From positions 8,248,001 through 8,312,000 of the forward strand of contig CM075993.1 of NCBI GenBank assembly GCA_038087875.1: a stretch of 64,000 nucleotides of DNA. The letters are read 5' to 3'. Shown here in pieces: positions 1 through 13,104 of the stretch (position 1 is the first letter of the stretch; the number at the start of each line of letters is the position of its first letter). Source of the DNA: Malacoraja senta. Its lineage: Eukaryota. The position numbers and the translations under genes are program-made. The notes under the pieces were generated by a model, which was not told where the DNA came from, made no database searches, and saw only the letters and a list, made by a program, of their open reading frames with translations.

Positions 1-140
1 GACCTCACTCAGAGCAATGTGATAATCTATTGTTAAATATTTTGTTAAGTAATAAATATTGACAACGACACCCCGGGTGTTCGTTGGTGCAGTGCCATGA
101 TACCTTTTGCATTGATCTGACAGGACAAGTGAGCCTCTGG
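1..140 (-). mobile_element. Ancient Deu-SINE (SacSINE1/AmnSINE-like) relic
   Basis: Degenerate reverse-complement match to the Deu domain (ataaatattg...agtgccatgataccttt). Confidence 0.45.
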
Positions 141-248
141 GAGACAGCACACCTTCAATGCTGCACAGGAGTTTTACACCAGTAAATAAACTTGCTTAAT
201 ACCCTCGAGTGGAATGAACATACAATTTTTTGTAGGAAAGAACAAAAC

Positions 249-1220
249 AAAATGTTGGAGTAACTAAGCGGGTCATGCAGCATCTCTGGAGAAAAGGAAT
301 AGGTATCTGGAGAACATGGATAGGTTATGTTTTGGGTCGGCACCCTTAAGTCCTTACCCAAAATGCCCCCTATCCATGTTCTCCAAGAATGCTGCCTGAC
401 CCCTTCTACCGCTGCACCACAGAGAGCATCCTAACATATGGCATCTCTGGGTGGTATCACAGCTGCACGGAGGCAGAGAGGAGAGCTCTTCAGCGGGTCG
501 TCCACAGAGCTCAGAAGGTAATTGGGACACAGCTCCAAGCCTTGGAGGGCATCTACAATACACAGTGCCTCAGGAAGGCCGTCAGCATTCATAAAGACTC
601 CTCACACCCTTGCAATAGTCTGTTCGCACCTCCAGACTTAGGAACAGCTTCATCCCCAGAGCTATAGCTGCTCTGAACCGGCCCTGCTGAGTGCCCCCCA
701 CCCCCATGAACTGTCTCCCTCGGATGGTCACGTCGCACATCGACCCGGCACAGACACATTTGCACTTTATACTGTTTTACTGTGTTTTAAAAAAAATCTT
801 GTTTCTCTGGGTGTCTACATTTTTAGTTAATTAACTTATTACATCGAATGGAAGCTGCATACCAAATCTTGTTGTACCTCTGTGCAATGACAATAAAAGA
901 TAATAATATTATTATTATATTATTATCCATCCATGTTTTCCTGAGATGTTGAATGACCCATGAAGTTACTCCAACATTTTGTGGGGCTTTTTGTGAACCA
1001 GCATCTGCAGTTCCTTTATTTTCTACATCTGTGCGGAGGGAATGAACAGGTGACGTTTTTGGGTCGGGTCCCTTCTGCAGACTGACCATCCCCGAAGAAA
1101 GGTGTTAACCCAAAACGCCGTCTGTCCATTTCCCTCACGAATGCTGCCCAATCTGCGGAGTTTCTCCAGCATTTTGATTTTTTGCTCAAGATTCAGCATC
1201 TGCAGTCTCTTTTGTTTCTA
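249..1220. mobile_element. Penelope-like pLTR-derived short units, partly inverted, interrupted by a LINE
   Basis: ctggagtaactcagc/gcagcatctctggag/gacccgaaacgtc-type motifs in both orientations. Confidence 0.7.
405..925 (+). mobile_element. Rex1/Babar-type LINE 3' fragment
   Basis: FYRCTTESILTY..WY..RALQRVV..AQKVIG (DUF1891-like C-terminus); caataaa plus (att)n tail. Confidence 0.85.
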
Positions 1221-1543
1221 GTAGATTGAGTCTAATAGATTAGTCATTCACAGTAGATTGAGAGTGGGAGGCTGAGGGGAGCAGGGAAACAAAAAGGGAG
1301 TAATTTTCGCCAAGACTCTCAGCTTTCAGGCTTTGCATATTCCCGACAGTAATTTCTAAATGTTGCACTGATGTAGTATCTCTGCAGTAACAAGGATGAT
1401 GAGCACAGCAGCAGTCCAGATTAGACTAATACAGGCATGATACACTCAATGGCCTTTTGTGCTGCTTTATTCAATGAGTCCAACCCCAGTCTCTTGGCAT
1501 TTGCAGTGTAATTGTTTGACTTCATATGTTACAAGATCAAGTC

Positions 1544-1544
<1 letters not shown>

Positions 1545-1583
<39 letters not shown>
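1545..1583. repeat. (TTA)n microsatellite
   Basis: Seen directly. Confidence 0.95.
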
Positions 1584-1586
<3 letters not shown>

Positions 1587-2162
1587 TCGCTGTTTTTATG
1601 AGGCTCTTGGCCAGCTCTTCAAGTTTTCTAGCTTGAGGAGCAATTTTCAGCTGTGTTTTAATATGGTTTTTGAACTGTGTAGCATTATTAGAGGATTCTC
1701 AGAGGATCTATAAAGTCATCAATATTTATAGCAAGATGTTCCACATACCACAAGTAAAAGTAGGAATTAAGTTATTAGAGAAAATGCTGTTTTTTTTTTA
1801 ATGGGCTCTTCATGGTACTGTACATAACATAAATATATTTACATTTCATAAGACAGGATAGTGGAGGCCATTCAGTCCATCGTGCCTGTACTGGCGTTGT
1901 GAGAGAGCTGTCCAGTTCTTGTTTTGTTTCCTCATATTATTTTCCACAACCACACATCCAGTTTGCTTCCCCCCCTCCCTCCCTATTTTTATTATTAAAT
2001 CAGTTTGCATCATCCCGTCAAACAGTGCAATGTAGATCATCGTTGTCCACGGTTTTTTAATTATTGCTGATATCATTGGTGATTCTTCTGCCACTTACCT
2101 TAAATCTGTGTCCTCTGGTTATTGACCCGTCAGTCAATGGAAATAGGTGCTGCATTTATGCA

Positions 2163-2477
2163 TAGGGCGGCAAGGTGGCGTAGCAGTAGAGCTACTACCT
2201 TACAGCGCCAGAGACCCGGGTTTGAGGTTTGATCCTGAGGGTGCTGTCTGTACGGAGTTTGTTTGTTCTCCCCGTGCCCCGCGAGGGGTTTCTCCAAGAT
2301 CTTTGGTTCCCCCCACACTCCAAAGATGTACAGGTTTGTAGTTTATTTGGCTTGGTGCAAATGTAAAAATTGTCTCTAGTGTGTGTAGGATAAGGTTAGT
2401 GTGCGGGGATCACTGGTCGGTGTGAACTTGGTGACCTGAAGGGCCTGTTTTTGCACTGTATCTCTAAACTAAATAAA
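2163..2477 (+). mobile_element. HE1-like V-SINE
   Basis: tRNA-like head (A/B boxes), V-domain gctgtctgtacggagtttg...ctccaaag, CR1/HER1-type tail gggcctgttt...ctaaactaaa. Confidence 0.85.
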
Positions 2478-3499
2478 AAATTTACAGAATCTGTTTGCAC
2501 AAATAACCTTGGCTAATTAGTTGAGAATTATATGGAGAAAGGATACAAGGAGTTTTTGATGAGATGAGATGAAACAAAGCTGGGCGAACGATGTGGAGCA
2601 TAAAACTCATTATGGTCCTGGTGGACGAAATGGACAGTTTCTGTGCTGTAAAGTTAATGAAATGTCTCTATTCTCTGCAATTTGCCAATGGTTCTTCCAG
2701 GTTTAGTATTAATTGATAATGCAGAGCCGGCAGGGCTTTTTCAAACTCAAACCCTCAACCAGTGAATAGGATTGAGTTGCACATCCAGAATTATTTTGGA
2801 TTGGAGAGCTGCATGTGCTCCAGGGTTGGAGCTTGGAGCTCTGCGTTTGACACTCATGAGTACACTGCTCGGTGAAACGCTTCATGAATAATTCCCAGTT
2901 TGGATATCGCTGTCAATCAATGCCAGACCAATTGGAAAAATATTAAGAAAAGGCCAAGGAAGTTCATGAGCAATATCCCCAAATGGCTTCAAAGCACCAA
3001 TGGTGACATGGTGATTTTTCTCTTTAGCTCTTGCTTGGTACCCTTTTTAGGAAAGACAGGTGATATTGAAAAGGACATGATGTTGTTCTGAAGTGATGAA
3101 GTAAGGCCAGAATTGGGAATGATCTTGACCAGGAAGAACAGGAAATAGATGGATTAAGTGAACAGATAACAGGGGTCAGGATACACTTTTCAGTATGGTG
3201 TGCAGTCCAAATAGCAACCAATAACAAGAGCAGCATTAATGGAGAGAGTATGAATCAAGATGTGGACATAATTCTGAACTCTGTTGAAGGAGGACATTAC
3301 CGAGTCGACAAAGTTGTTCTCATAGCTCCTTCAATAAACGCAACATCCTCGCTGTTTCCTGGGACCTCTGGTTCACAGTGTGGAAGGAGCATTGAAGGTA
3401 GTATTGATAATCCTGAGTCCACATAGTCATAGAATCATACAACACAGAAACAGGTTCTTCGACTCAACTTGCCCATGCCGACCAAGATGCCCCATCTAC

Positions 3500-3860
3500 A
3501 CAGTAAGCTGTAAGTTGCCAGAACAAAATATGAGATGCTTTTCCTCCAATTTGCATTTAACCTCACTCTGACAATGGAGGAGACCTAGGACAGAAAGGTC
3601 TGTGTGGGAATGGGAAGGAGAATTAATGTGTTTAGCAACCAGCAGATCAGGTTGGTTCGGGCGGACTGAGCGAAGGTGTTCAGCGAAACGATCGCCCAGT
3701 CTACGTTTGGTCTCGCTGATGTATAAGAGTCCACGTCTTGAACAACGGATACCGTAGATGAGGTTGGAAGAGGTGCAAGTGAACCTCTGCCTAACATGAA
3801 AGGACTGACAGGGTCCCTGGACAGAAGTATCGGGACAGGTGTTGCATCTTCTCCAGGTGC
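3500..3860 (-). mobile_element. Penelope-like element GIY-YIG end fragment
   Basis: Matches the other PLE ORF-end copies (13705, 19870, 45370) in reverse orientation. Confidence 0.7.
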
Positions 3861-5879
3861 TTCAGTTTTCATCTTCATTGCAAAGACGTGCAGGTTTGTT
3901 GGTTAATTGGCTTCTGTAAATTGTCCTTGGTGTGTAGGATAGGACTAGTGAAAGGGTGATCGTTGGTCGGCGTGGTCTCCACCAACAATAAATACCAGCC
4001 TATTTCTATTTTGTTCATAAAGTTGGCAGAAATATCAATCCACTATGGCTGAAGACTGTCATTCCATCAGATCATACGAGATCTAGAAACAGAACTGCAG
4101 AAATCTCTCCAAAAACTGGAGTTTTTGGAAACGATAACTAACATCGTTGATGAATACAAAATTCCAAAAAGAATGAACAAGGTAAAGATGAGGCTATTGC
4201 TGCTTCTACCCGCAGAGTCCTGAACTTCCATAGCCTTCAGATAAGTTTTATTGCACTTCAAAAGCAAAAAATAGATTGGAATATTTTTACCTCAAAAAAC
4301 TAGTAAATGGTGACATGTACACATTTTGGTTCATGAAATGCAAAATTAGCATGCACCAAACATTAAGTATAGGTAAGCATTTAGGAGGGAAAAGTGATCT
4401 ATTTCCTTTTTTGCAAATGGTTGTAATTGTACAGGGCCATAGTGAAGTGACAGCTGGAATAAGCACAGTGCCTGTATTCCCAAGGAGGATGAACTTGCCT
4501 TCCAGGCAGTGCAAATTCACTTGTTTGCTTCCTGGGAGAGTCATATTAGCCTGTCCTCACTGGAGTTCAGGAAAACAAGAAGTAAAACTGTTGACGTGTA
4601 CAAGATTCTGAAATAAATGAACAAGGCAAATAGGAGGCTATTGCTAATTCTGGCTGCAGAGTCCAGAGCGAGGAACTATAGCCTTCAGATAAGGGTTTGC
4701 GATCCTTTGGAATTCTGTGCTCCGTGGAACCGCTGGTGCTCACGTCGTTGAATGTTTTTAAAGCTGAAGGAATTAGCTTTTTGGTAGTGGTCTGGGGATC
4801 AGATGGAATGGTGAACTTAGGGTGCATTATTGGCTCTAATATTCAATGGAGAATCATCTCTGATGAAGAATGTGGTCAGTCCCTGCTTCTTTTACTCATC
4901 CTGCAATGTCGTGCCCGTTAGCTCCTAACAGCACTCTACAGGGCCATCGCACACTGGGGTGGAGTGATCTCAATTTGGATGTCTGACACCCATAATTTTC
5001 CAGCAACCTATTTATCTGCCACACCATTCTCTCAAAAGTAACCTTGAACCAGCTTTGTGCATTTGGTAGGACTAATGAATATCCCATAGCAGCACTGAAT
5101 GCAAAATGAAAATATTTATGAACTGTTTGACATATTAATCCCACAAGTTCAACATATTCCTTATTCCAATTTACATTTCTTGGAACTTGACATGAATTAG
5201 AGCTTTATAATTCACCAGCAAGGCCAAGTAGCTTTGTAGCACGTAATTGGCAGCCCTGAAAAGTTAAATGAGATGCAGTGGTAATATAACCAAGAACAGT
5301 CATTTGAAAGCGGAACAAATGACTGGGACAATAATTCCCCTCATTACTAATCTCAGCAGAAATGCTGATGTGTTCCAAAGGCAAGTGGAAGAGACCGAGA
5401 CCTTTTCAGCTTGTCCAATTTGCTTGAACTTCAGGCTTGCTTTTGAATCATCCAGCGTTGTCCTGTTTACGTGCAAAGCCAGTACGTTTCCGAATCTTAC
5501 AGGTCATAACCTTAGTCATACATCATGGAAACAGGCCCTTTGGCCCAATTTGCCCATGCTAGCAACTAAGCCAGTATTTGGTCCATATCCCTCTGAACCT
5601 GCCCATATCAATGTACCTGTCAGTATCCATGAACCTTCTTTGATGGTTCATCACATCGTGCCTTGTCCGTTTCCTGTACATCTTTTCAAAATGGTGGTAA
5701 ACCACCAAAGCTGTGTTTTATTCTAATGTCCTAATTAAAGCTGGGTTAATTAAGGACTGTGACTAAAGAGGCCGCAGGTGTCATGGATACCATGATTTCT
5801 GATGACCTGAATTTTGAAATATATGTCTTTGACATTGAATTTAGTGAGCACAGAAATGTGGTATAGCAACATACCTACA

Positions 5880-6195
5880 AGGGCGGCACAGTTGTGCAGC
5901 TGATAGAGCTGCGGCCTCACAGCGGTAGAGACTCGGGTTTGATCTTGTGTTGTCTGTGTGCAGTATGTAGGTTCTACCTGTGACCACGTGGATGTCTTCC
6001 GGGTGCCCTGGTTTCCTCCACATCCCAAAGTTGTGCGGGTTTGTAGGTTAATTGGCCTTTGTAAATTGTCCCTACTGTGTAGGGAGTTGATGCGAAAGTG
6101 AGATAACATAGACTAGTGTGAATGGATGATCAGTGATCGAGGTGGACTCAGTGGGCCGAATAATTTGTTGCCATGCTCCATCTCAAAACTAAACT
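5880..6195 (+). mobile_element. HE1-like V-SINE
   Basis: Same head, V-domain and tail architecture. Confidence 0.85.
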
Positions 6196-6399
6196 ACTGC
6201 TTCTTGAGACTGTCTTTCCTTGGGCAAAGTTTACGTGACTGAGAGAATGTACTGTGACTGTTTCACATTCTGGCTCCACATTTTCCATGACAAAATTCTA
6301 GCCCCGCGTATAAACAGCATCTTTGTTTGAGCCAACAGTCTTAAAGTCTATTAGGTTGGATTGGGAAACTTCATAAGCTCTCTTTCATGCAAGATCTTA

Positions 6400-6680
6400 C
6401 GCCAAGTCTCCATCTGCTTGCTCCAATGGGCATTGAAGATCGTGGTGCTCAATTAACAAAGAGCAGAGTGTTCTCTTCGTGTCCTGGCCTTAAATAACAC
6501 CACGCAAAAATATTATCTGGTCATTCATTTGAGGTGCTGCTTATGTAACTGTTGAGTGCACAAACTAGCCATATTCTTTAGTTCCATTGCAAAATCTACT
6601 TTAAAAGTAATCCTTGGGCTGTAAAGTGCCTTGGGAATGCCTTTGGGATACGATAAGGCCTTGTCAAAGTACAAGATATT
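6400..6680 (+). mobile_element. Ancient Deu-SINE (SacSINE1-like) body and tail
   Basis: gtgtcctggcc...attatctggtcatt...aaagtaatccttgggctgtaaagtgccttggga resembles the Deu domain plus L2-type tail. Confidence 0.65.
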
Positions 6681-7059
6681 TGGTTTTTTTGGCTAACCTA
6701 TTAAAAAAAATAGCAGCTTTCTTTCTTGTTTTTTCCTCTATCCTTCTATGATGTTCTTGGCCCCTGTTCTGGGCATTATTCAGTGCTTTGATTAAAATGG
6801 AAACATCTCAGGCACAAACCTATGTTTTAACAATCCATAATGCAGTGTAATACACTTTCCTAAAGGGTATTACATCCTGTTTCCTCTCAGCTTCTCGAGT
6901 GCACTCGGAAAAGTGGGTGTCAAAAACACTGGAATATCACATACATTTAATCGTGTTTAATATTATGCATTTTAAAGACTGAACCATATTGCCCGTCTGG
7001 ATTTTGGGATGACCGTGCGCTTTTGGAGATTGTAACCATTTCTCTGACAATGTTTAAGA

Positions 7060-7368
7060 TTTTAGTTTAGTTTGGAGATACAGTGCAGAAATAGGCCCAA
7101 CGAATCCGCGCCGACCAGCGATCCATGCACTCTAATGCTATCCTGCACACACTAAGGACGACTTACAATTTTACCAAGCCAATTAGCCTACAAATCTGTA
7201 TGCCTTTGGAATGTGGGAGGAAACTAGAGCTCCCGGAGAAAGCTCACGCAGGTCGGGGGGGGGGGGGGGGGCTGATGATCAAACTCCGTACAGACAGACC
7301 CGTATGATTAAACCCGGGTCTCTGACTCTGTAAGGCAGCAACTCTACCGCTGTGCCACCATGCCACCC
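7060..7368 (-). mobile_element. HE1-like V-SINE with internal poly-G run
   Basis: Reverse-complement match. Confidence 0.8.
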
Positions 7369-7879
7369 TATTCTGATTTTGTTTTTTTCAATGGAGCGAA
7401 TATTATTCTTGTAAATTGGATTTGAACTTAATCAAACGCCAAATATCTTTGCACCAAATATATGTCCCTGCTGATGATGGGAGTTGTGTGAAGCAAATGA
7501 CTGAAATATTTCATGGAACTCACACAGATGGAGTTGCAGAAATGTATGCTGACCTTTAGAACTTTCAAAAACAGCCCGTGTAAGAGCCAAAATGAACATG
7601 TGTCAGGCTGACTCTCTGTTGCAGAAATTCCAAATGTCTACTTGTGTGATTATAAAAGGAAAGAAGGATTTGCATTCATGTCACACTTCTCACAACTTCA
7701 GAGCATTCCAAAGCACTTTGAAGCCATTGATGCACTTTCTCAAGTGTTAAAAGTATAGGTAAGAAGAGACTTTGTTCCACAGAAAAAAAATCTAATGAAT
7801 AACCAGATGAATCTCTTTCAGATGATGGTTGAGGAATAAGTATAGGTTACCATTGGAGCCAATCTGAATAAAAGGATGT

Positions 7880-7970
7880 TAGACAAAAATGCTGGAGAAA
7901 CTCAGCGGGTGAGGCAGCATCTATGGAGCGAAGGAATTGGTGACGTTTTGGGTTGAGACCCTTCTTCAGA
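7880..7970 (-). mobile_element. Short PLE pLTR unit with 16-bp TSD
   Basis: TSD ctgaataaaaggatgt at 7864-7879 and 7971-7986. Confidence 0.85.
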
Positions 7971-7986
7971 CTGAATAAAAGGATGT

Positions 7987-8230
7987 ACCTTTAGAAAGGA
8001 GATGACGATGAATTTCTTTAGTGGTGAATCTGTGGAATTCATTGCACAAACAGCTGTGGAGGCCGACATTGGGTATTTTTAAGGAGGAGATTGCCAGATT
8101 CATAGTGTGGGTGTCAAGGGTTATGTGGAGAAGGCAGGAGAATGGGGTTGAGAGAGAAAGATAGATCAGCCATGATTGAATGGTGGAACAGACTCGATGA
8201 GCGGAATGGCCTTATTCTGCTCCTATGACT
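7987..8230 (+). mobile_element. CR1 LINE 3' end
   Basis: gtggtgaatctgtggaattc...gatcagccatgattgaatgg. Confidence 0.8.
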
Positions 8231-8316
8231 TGCAAATGAAAACTGTTTGTAATTGTGTGCTAATGTGAAATAGCTTCCTTACTAATGCCATGAGATGGGC
8301 TGTGAGGTGTAATATA

Positions 8317-8419
8317 CAGTGCCCTCCATAATGTTTGGGACAAAGACCCATCATTTATTTATTTGCCTTTGTACTCCACAATTTGAGATTTGTAATAGAA
8401 AAAATCACATGTGGTTAAA
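8317..8419 (+). mobile_element. Tc1 left TIR fragment
   Basis: ta-cagtgccctccataatgtttgggacaaagaccc; same family as 32498-34401. Confidence 0.85.
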
Positions 8420-8424
8420 TGCTC

Positions 8425-9186
8425 AAAACAAAGAACTGCAGCTGCTGGTTAATACACAAAAGGACACAACGTGCTGGAGTAATTCAGCAGGTCTGGCAGC
8501 ATCTCTGGAGCACATGGATAGGTGACATTTTGGATTGAGACTCTTCTTCAGACTGTGGAAGAAAGCTGGAAAAGGGGCGAACGGGACAAAGTGTGGCAGG
8601 TAATAGATGGATAGGCGAGGGGGGGGGGTGATAGGCAGGTGGTTGGAACAAAGGTCAGAGATTAGAGCAGGTGTGAGACAGGTTTGAGGAGTTGCAGTTT
8701 GTGAAGCTACAGGATGTCCCACACCTTCTGCTATCACTTATCCATGCTCTCCAGAGATGCTGCCTGACCTGCTGAGTTACTCCAGTACCTTGTGTCCTCA
8801 TCTATGCTCCCTCAATGACTTAAAAATTTGCCTGATGTTGTTTCAGGGGAGTTCCAGGAAATTATTTTCCTGGTTAATATTTGTACCTCATATAACATCA
8901 CAAAAATTGGAATGCTGCAATCCTCTGAGTAAGTGTCCTGACCTGAAACGTCACCTATCCATTCCTTTCCCAGATGCTGCCCGACCCATTGGGATCCTCT
9001 AGCACTTTGTGTTTAGCTCACCATCGCAAACATGCATTTTAATTCACTTTGCTATTTGAGTGAGTTAGCTGATTGTATATTCAGTGCAGATAGACACAAA
9101 ATGCTGGAGTATCTCAGCAGGACAGGTAGCATCTCTAGATGGAAGGAATGGGTGACGTTTTCGGGTCAAGATCCTTCTTCAGACTC
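8425..9186. mobile_element. Cluster of PLE pLTR units
   Basis: Repeated pLTR motifs in both orientations. Confidence 0.7.
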
Positions 9187-10364
9187 GCTATTCATTGCGT
9201 TGTCTATGTACGAGTGGCAAGGAGTCGGTGTACTTCAGGGCACTTTTTGCAGTCATGAACAACGTTCTCTTTGCTATATCCGCTCCATCTGCCTGTCTAT
9301 CGTTTTCTCTGCCTTCCTTTCCGTCTTTTGACTCTTCTTCCTCTATCAACCTATCGTTTTGATTTTTCTCCACCATGTGTACATTATTTGGTTTCCTGTT
9401 AAATATATTAATGCTTCTGGTCTTAAGCATTTGTATGGGAGAAAGTTGCAGTTGCAGGAAATCCAAGATTAAGAACACCTTTCCTTTGAACCACTGTAAA
9501 ATTCCCTTTCTTCTGCCAAATGCATCTCCAACTGTGTGCATCTCCTCAGTACCAGCGTGCAGCATTTTGTTTTCAACACAGCCAACACTGTAGCTTCTAT
9601 GTCACGGATTGTCATAGGAGTTTTATAACAGGGAGGTTCAAGGAATAGTGGCCTGGCAGTGATTGCACTTGATCCCACAGACGGAAAGTCTGTACCTGAC
9701 CACTTCACTTGCCATTAATCATCTGTAGCCAGCATGATTTTGGTGTCAAGAGCGTGGCAATTGAATACAAGGGGCTATTTGAACCTTTTAAGTGCTGTTA
9801 TATTGACAAATAGTTTAGTGAACACATGCTTAACACTAGAGGATTGTAGCCCTAATACATTCAACTGCCCTTATCCAGGCTGAAATGGCCATTAGTTTCT
9901 GATCTTGGAATCCTTTACAATCCTCAGAGCTATGTATCCCTTTAAAGGAACAATACAAAGTCAAAGTATCCTGTATTGTCATTAAGACTTTTCAGTCTGA
10001 ACGAAATTTCGTGCCTTGCAGTCATAACATAGAATAAAACAACAAAACACACAATAAACACAGATTTAACATCCACCACAGTGAGTCCACCAGGCACCTC
10101 CTCACTGTGATGGAAGGCAAAAGTCTTAAAGTCCTTGTCTCTTCCCTCCTTGTTCAACCTCACTCCTATTATTCACTTATACAACCTCATTCCTATTATT
10201 ATTTGCTGGTATTAGTGGTATCACTGAAGGAAGAAGTATCAATTTGACTGTACAAGTGAAATGATTGCATTTGCTGCATATTAAACAGCCTAAATTATGC
10301 AGTTCACATCATGCTGGGTGAGCTGGCATCGAATGCAGTCTAATTAAATCAGCTATTGATGGTT

Positions 10365-10525
10365 GTCTCGCTCTCGCCTCCCAACTCTGAATGTTTTGGC
10401 TTCTGGTCCAAAGACTTGCGCACATCATCAAGGATGACGCTCCAGTGTGGGGTTGAGGGGCTGTTGCTGTGTCCGAGGTCCCACATTTTATCTGAACTGT
10501 TCGGTCATGGCTCCGTCTTCCCCTC
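10365..10525 (+). mobile_element. Ancient SacSINE1-like 5' fragment
   Basis: ctcgcctc...agacttgcgcacat...gacgctccagtg...gaggtccc resembles the SacSINE1 head. Confidence 0.55.
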
Positions 10526-10545
10526 GGGAAAATAATTAAACTGCA

Positions 10546-11420
10546 GGTGCCTATCTAAAAGCCTTTTGAACGGTACTATTGTATCTGCCTCCACCACTAC
10601 TCCTTGCATCCACCACTCTCTGTAAAAGGAATACTTGCCCCATACATCTCCTTTAAACTTTGTCACACTCTCCTTAAACTTATGCCCTCTGATCTTTGAC
10701 ATTTTCACCAGGGAGGAAGAAAGGGTTCTGACAGTCTACCTACCCTCTCTATACCGCTTATAATTTGATATACTTCTATCAGGTCTCCCTACAGCCTCCG
10801 GTACAGAGAAAACAATCCAAGTTTGTCCAACTTCTTATATCTAATACCTTCTGGTTCAGGCAGCATTCTGGTAAACCTCTTTGCACCTTCTCTAAAGCCT
10901 CCACATCCTTCATATTAAGCTGCATCATGTCTTCCTGACTCTTATACTTAATGTCTCAACTAATGAAGGCAAGCATACCATATGCCTCCTTTACCTCTCT
11001 ATCTACTTGTGTTGCCAGGTTCAGCAAGCTAGGAGGTAGTTCAGGCAGGTACCATCGCAACGTTTAAGAAACATTTAGACAGGTACATGGATAGGATAGG
11101 TTTGGAAGGATATGGGCCAAAGTAGGCAGATGGGACTAATGTAGATGGGGCATTATGGTCGGCGTGGGCACGTTGTGCCGAAGGACCTGTTTTCACACCG
11201 TATGACTCCATGACTCCAAGATCCCCCTAACATCAATGCTGTTAAGGGTCTTGCCATCTCATCAAGAGAGAGTTAGAGTTAGTTCTTTGGGCGAAAGCAA
11301 TCAAGGGATATGGGAAAAAAACAGGAACGGGGTACTGATTTTAAATCAGCCATGATCATCTTGAATGGTGGTGCTGGCTCGTTGAGCCGAATGGCCTACT
11401 CCAGCACCTATTTTTCTATG
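10546..11420. mobile_element. CR1 LINE 3' fragments (mixed orientation)
   Basis: ORF2 C-terminus (RGHKFK..KFKGDVWG) and 3' UTR motifs. Confidence 0.8.
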
Positions 11421-13104
11421 TTTCTATTACTTTCCAGTTGTATGCAACACTCACATTTGCTAGGAATAAACTCTGAGTTTATTAAGTGCAAGATCCTTTT
11501 CATGTGGGAGGAAGCAACATGAACATTACTGCCTTTTAATATGCCATAGCCTGTCAGTGCCACTAGTTTCCACCAGTGCAACACTGGTGCAATTGTCCAC
11601 AATGGTGTCGTCCCCATTCAGGCTAGCTAGCAGCAGGACACCCCCAGCTTGGAAGCAGCAGCTTAAATGTTGTACGTTACCCACACGTTAAAAACCACCG
11701 AAATTTATTGGCCATTACAGCCTTTGTAGAATTCATGATTATTCGAAAGAGGTTTTTAAAGGAAAAATGTGCTTCCGTTGTGGTGTGGATTGATGTATGC
11801 AAGTTCCCTGCATGAACGAGGAGAGCTTGGCTTCAAGCCTCTCTGTCACAAATAGACGAAGCCCAAGGGCACCAGCTGGATGGGAGAGTGCACAGTGTAT
11901 TGTCGCAGAGGTTATTTGGGCCTTTTAAAATTAAGTGTGGTGTTGCTTAGATGCTTTTTTTTAAATTTGAGCAGATTAGCACATTGCTGCACTTTCTGGA
12001 GGATGACAGAAAATAATATTGACAGACATTTTGGAAGAAATAATTTCCATCGGCTGAGCCAGTTATGTCACAAAAAGGATTTACATTTGTCCTTTTAATT
12101 ATGCCAGTCTTTTATCTGAGATGTAAATACAGACGAGTCAGCTATGCCTCGGTTGGCATGACAACGCAAAGGCACATAGACCCAGCCTGGCACAGAGCCA
12201 GGGAGGTTTACCGAATGCTGATTGAATCCTAAGCAAATCGTGGATTGAAGAAGATTCGCTTGTACAGTGTCAGGGATTTGCATATATCTTGGGTTCTGGG
12301 CACAAATTTGATTCTGTCAAGATAATTTTGATTTCTGGAGGTGGGCATGGGAGAATAAAGGTTCCTTCATGATTACAGCTGGAACCACATGAAAGCAAGT
12401 GATGATAACAGCCCTGCTCCTAATTGTGTGCTAATGTGAAACGGTCGCCTGGCTAATGCCATGGGGTGAGCTGTAAGAAATCAGACCCAGCGGAGTGAAT
12501 GCAAATCGCAGCAACTGTGAAACAGCCAGGGTGCCCTTCCAGTGAATCCGCCTGCACTGGGATGGGTCTGTGCGGGAGAGTCAGTAATCGAAAACCACCT
12601 AGTCTCCGGGAGCAATAAGACAGCATGTAATTAGAGCCTAGTGGTGGGCTGCTTTGTGAGTTCAATATTAAGAGCAGCTGCTGTCGTGGTCATTCAATGC
12701 CAGGTGCCCCTTTTTTTATGACGTGATAATTGATGTTTGTGTAAGCTGCCTGGGAGAGTACGTAGCACAGGAACATGCTTTGAAATTATATTTTAGTCTG
12801 CTTGATTTTTTCCGAGCAAGAAACCAGCAACTCCGTGCAACCCCCTTCCCCCACCCGACCCAGCCCATGTGTTTGAGCGAGGGAAATGCTGCAGTGCAGA
12901 TTGAGAGCAGGTGGTGAGAGGAACCCGGAGCACACACAGACCAAGGGCAGCACTTGCCTCTCAGTGGCATAACAAGGCTGATTCTCTGCTTTTTTGGTTC
13001 AATGCCTTTTTTATTGTGTATATTACCTACAAAGAGTGAAATATCAGTGGTCCTTAGACGTCTCTCACCACGTGCAATACAAAGGTTTGAAGTTCCATGG
13101 AGAC

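Noticed and set aside
1459..1713. Poly-Leu ORF resembling a signal or transmembrane peptide
   Set aside because: Translation of a (TTA)n microsatellite
2163..2240. tRNA-like sequences at SINE heads
   Set aside because: V-SINE 5' regions, not complete cloverleaf tRNA genes
9188..9708. 125-aa and 79-aa minus-strand ORFs; AFGRRKGILQW faintly recalls Harbinger/HARBI1 AFG.LK.RF
   Set aside because: Only one short motif; no catalytic DDE context, TIRs or splice structure. A profile search would be needed.
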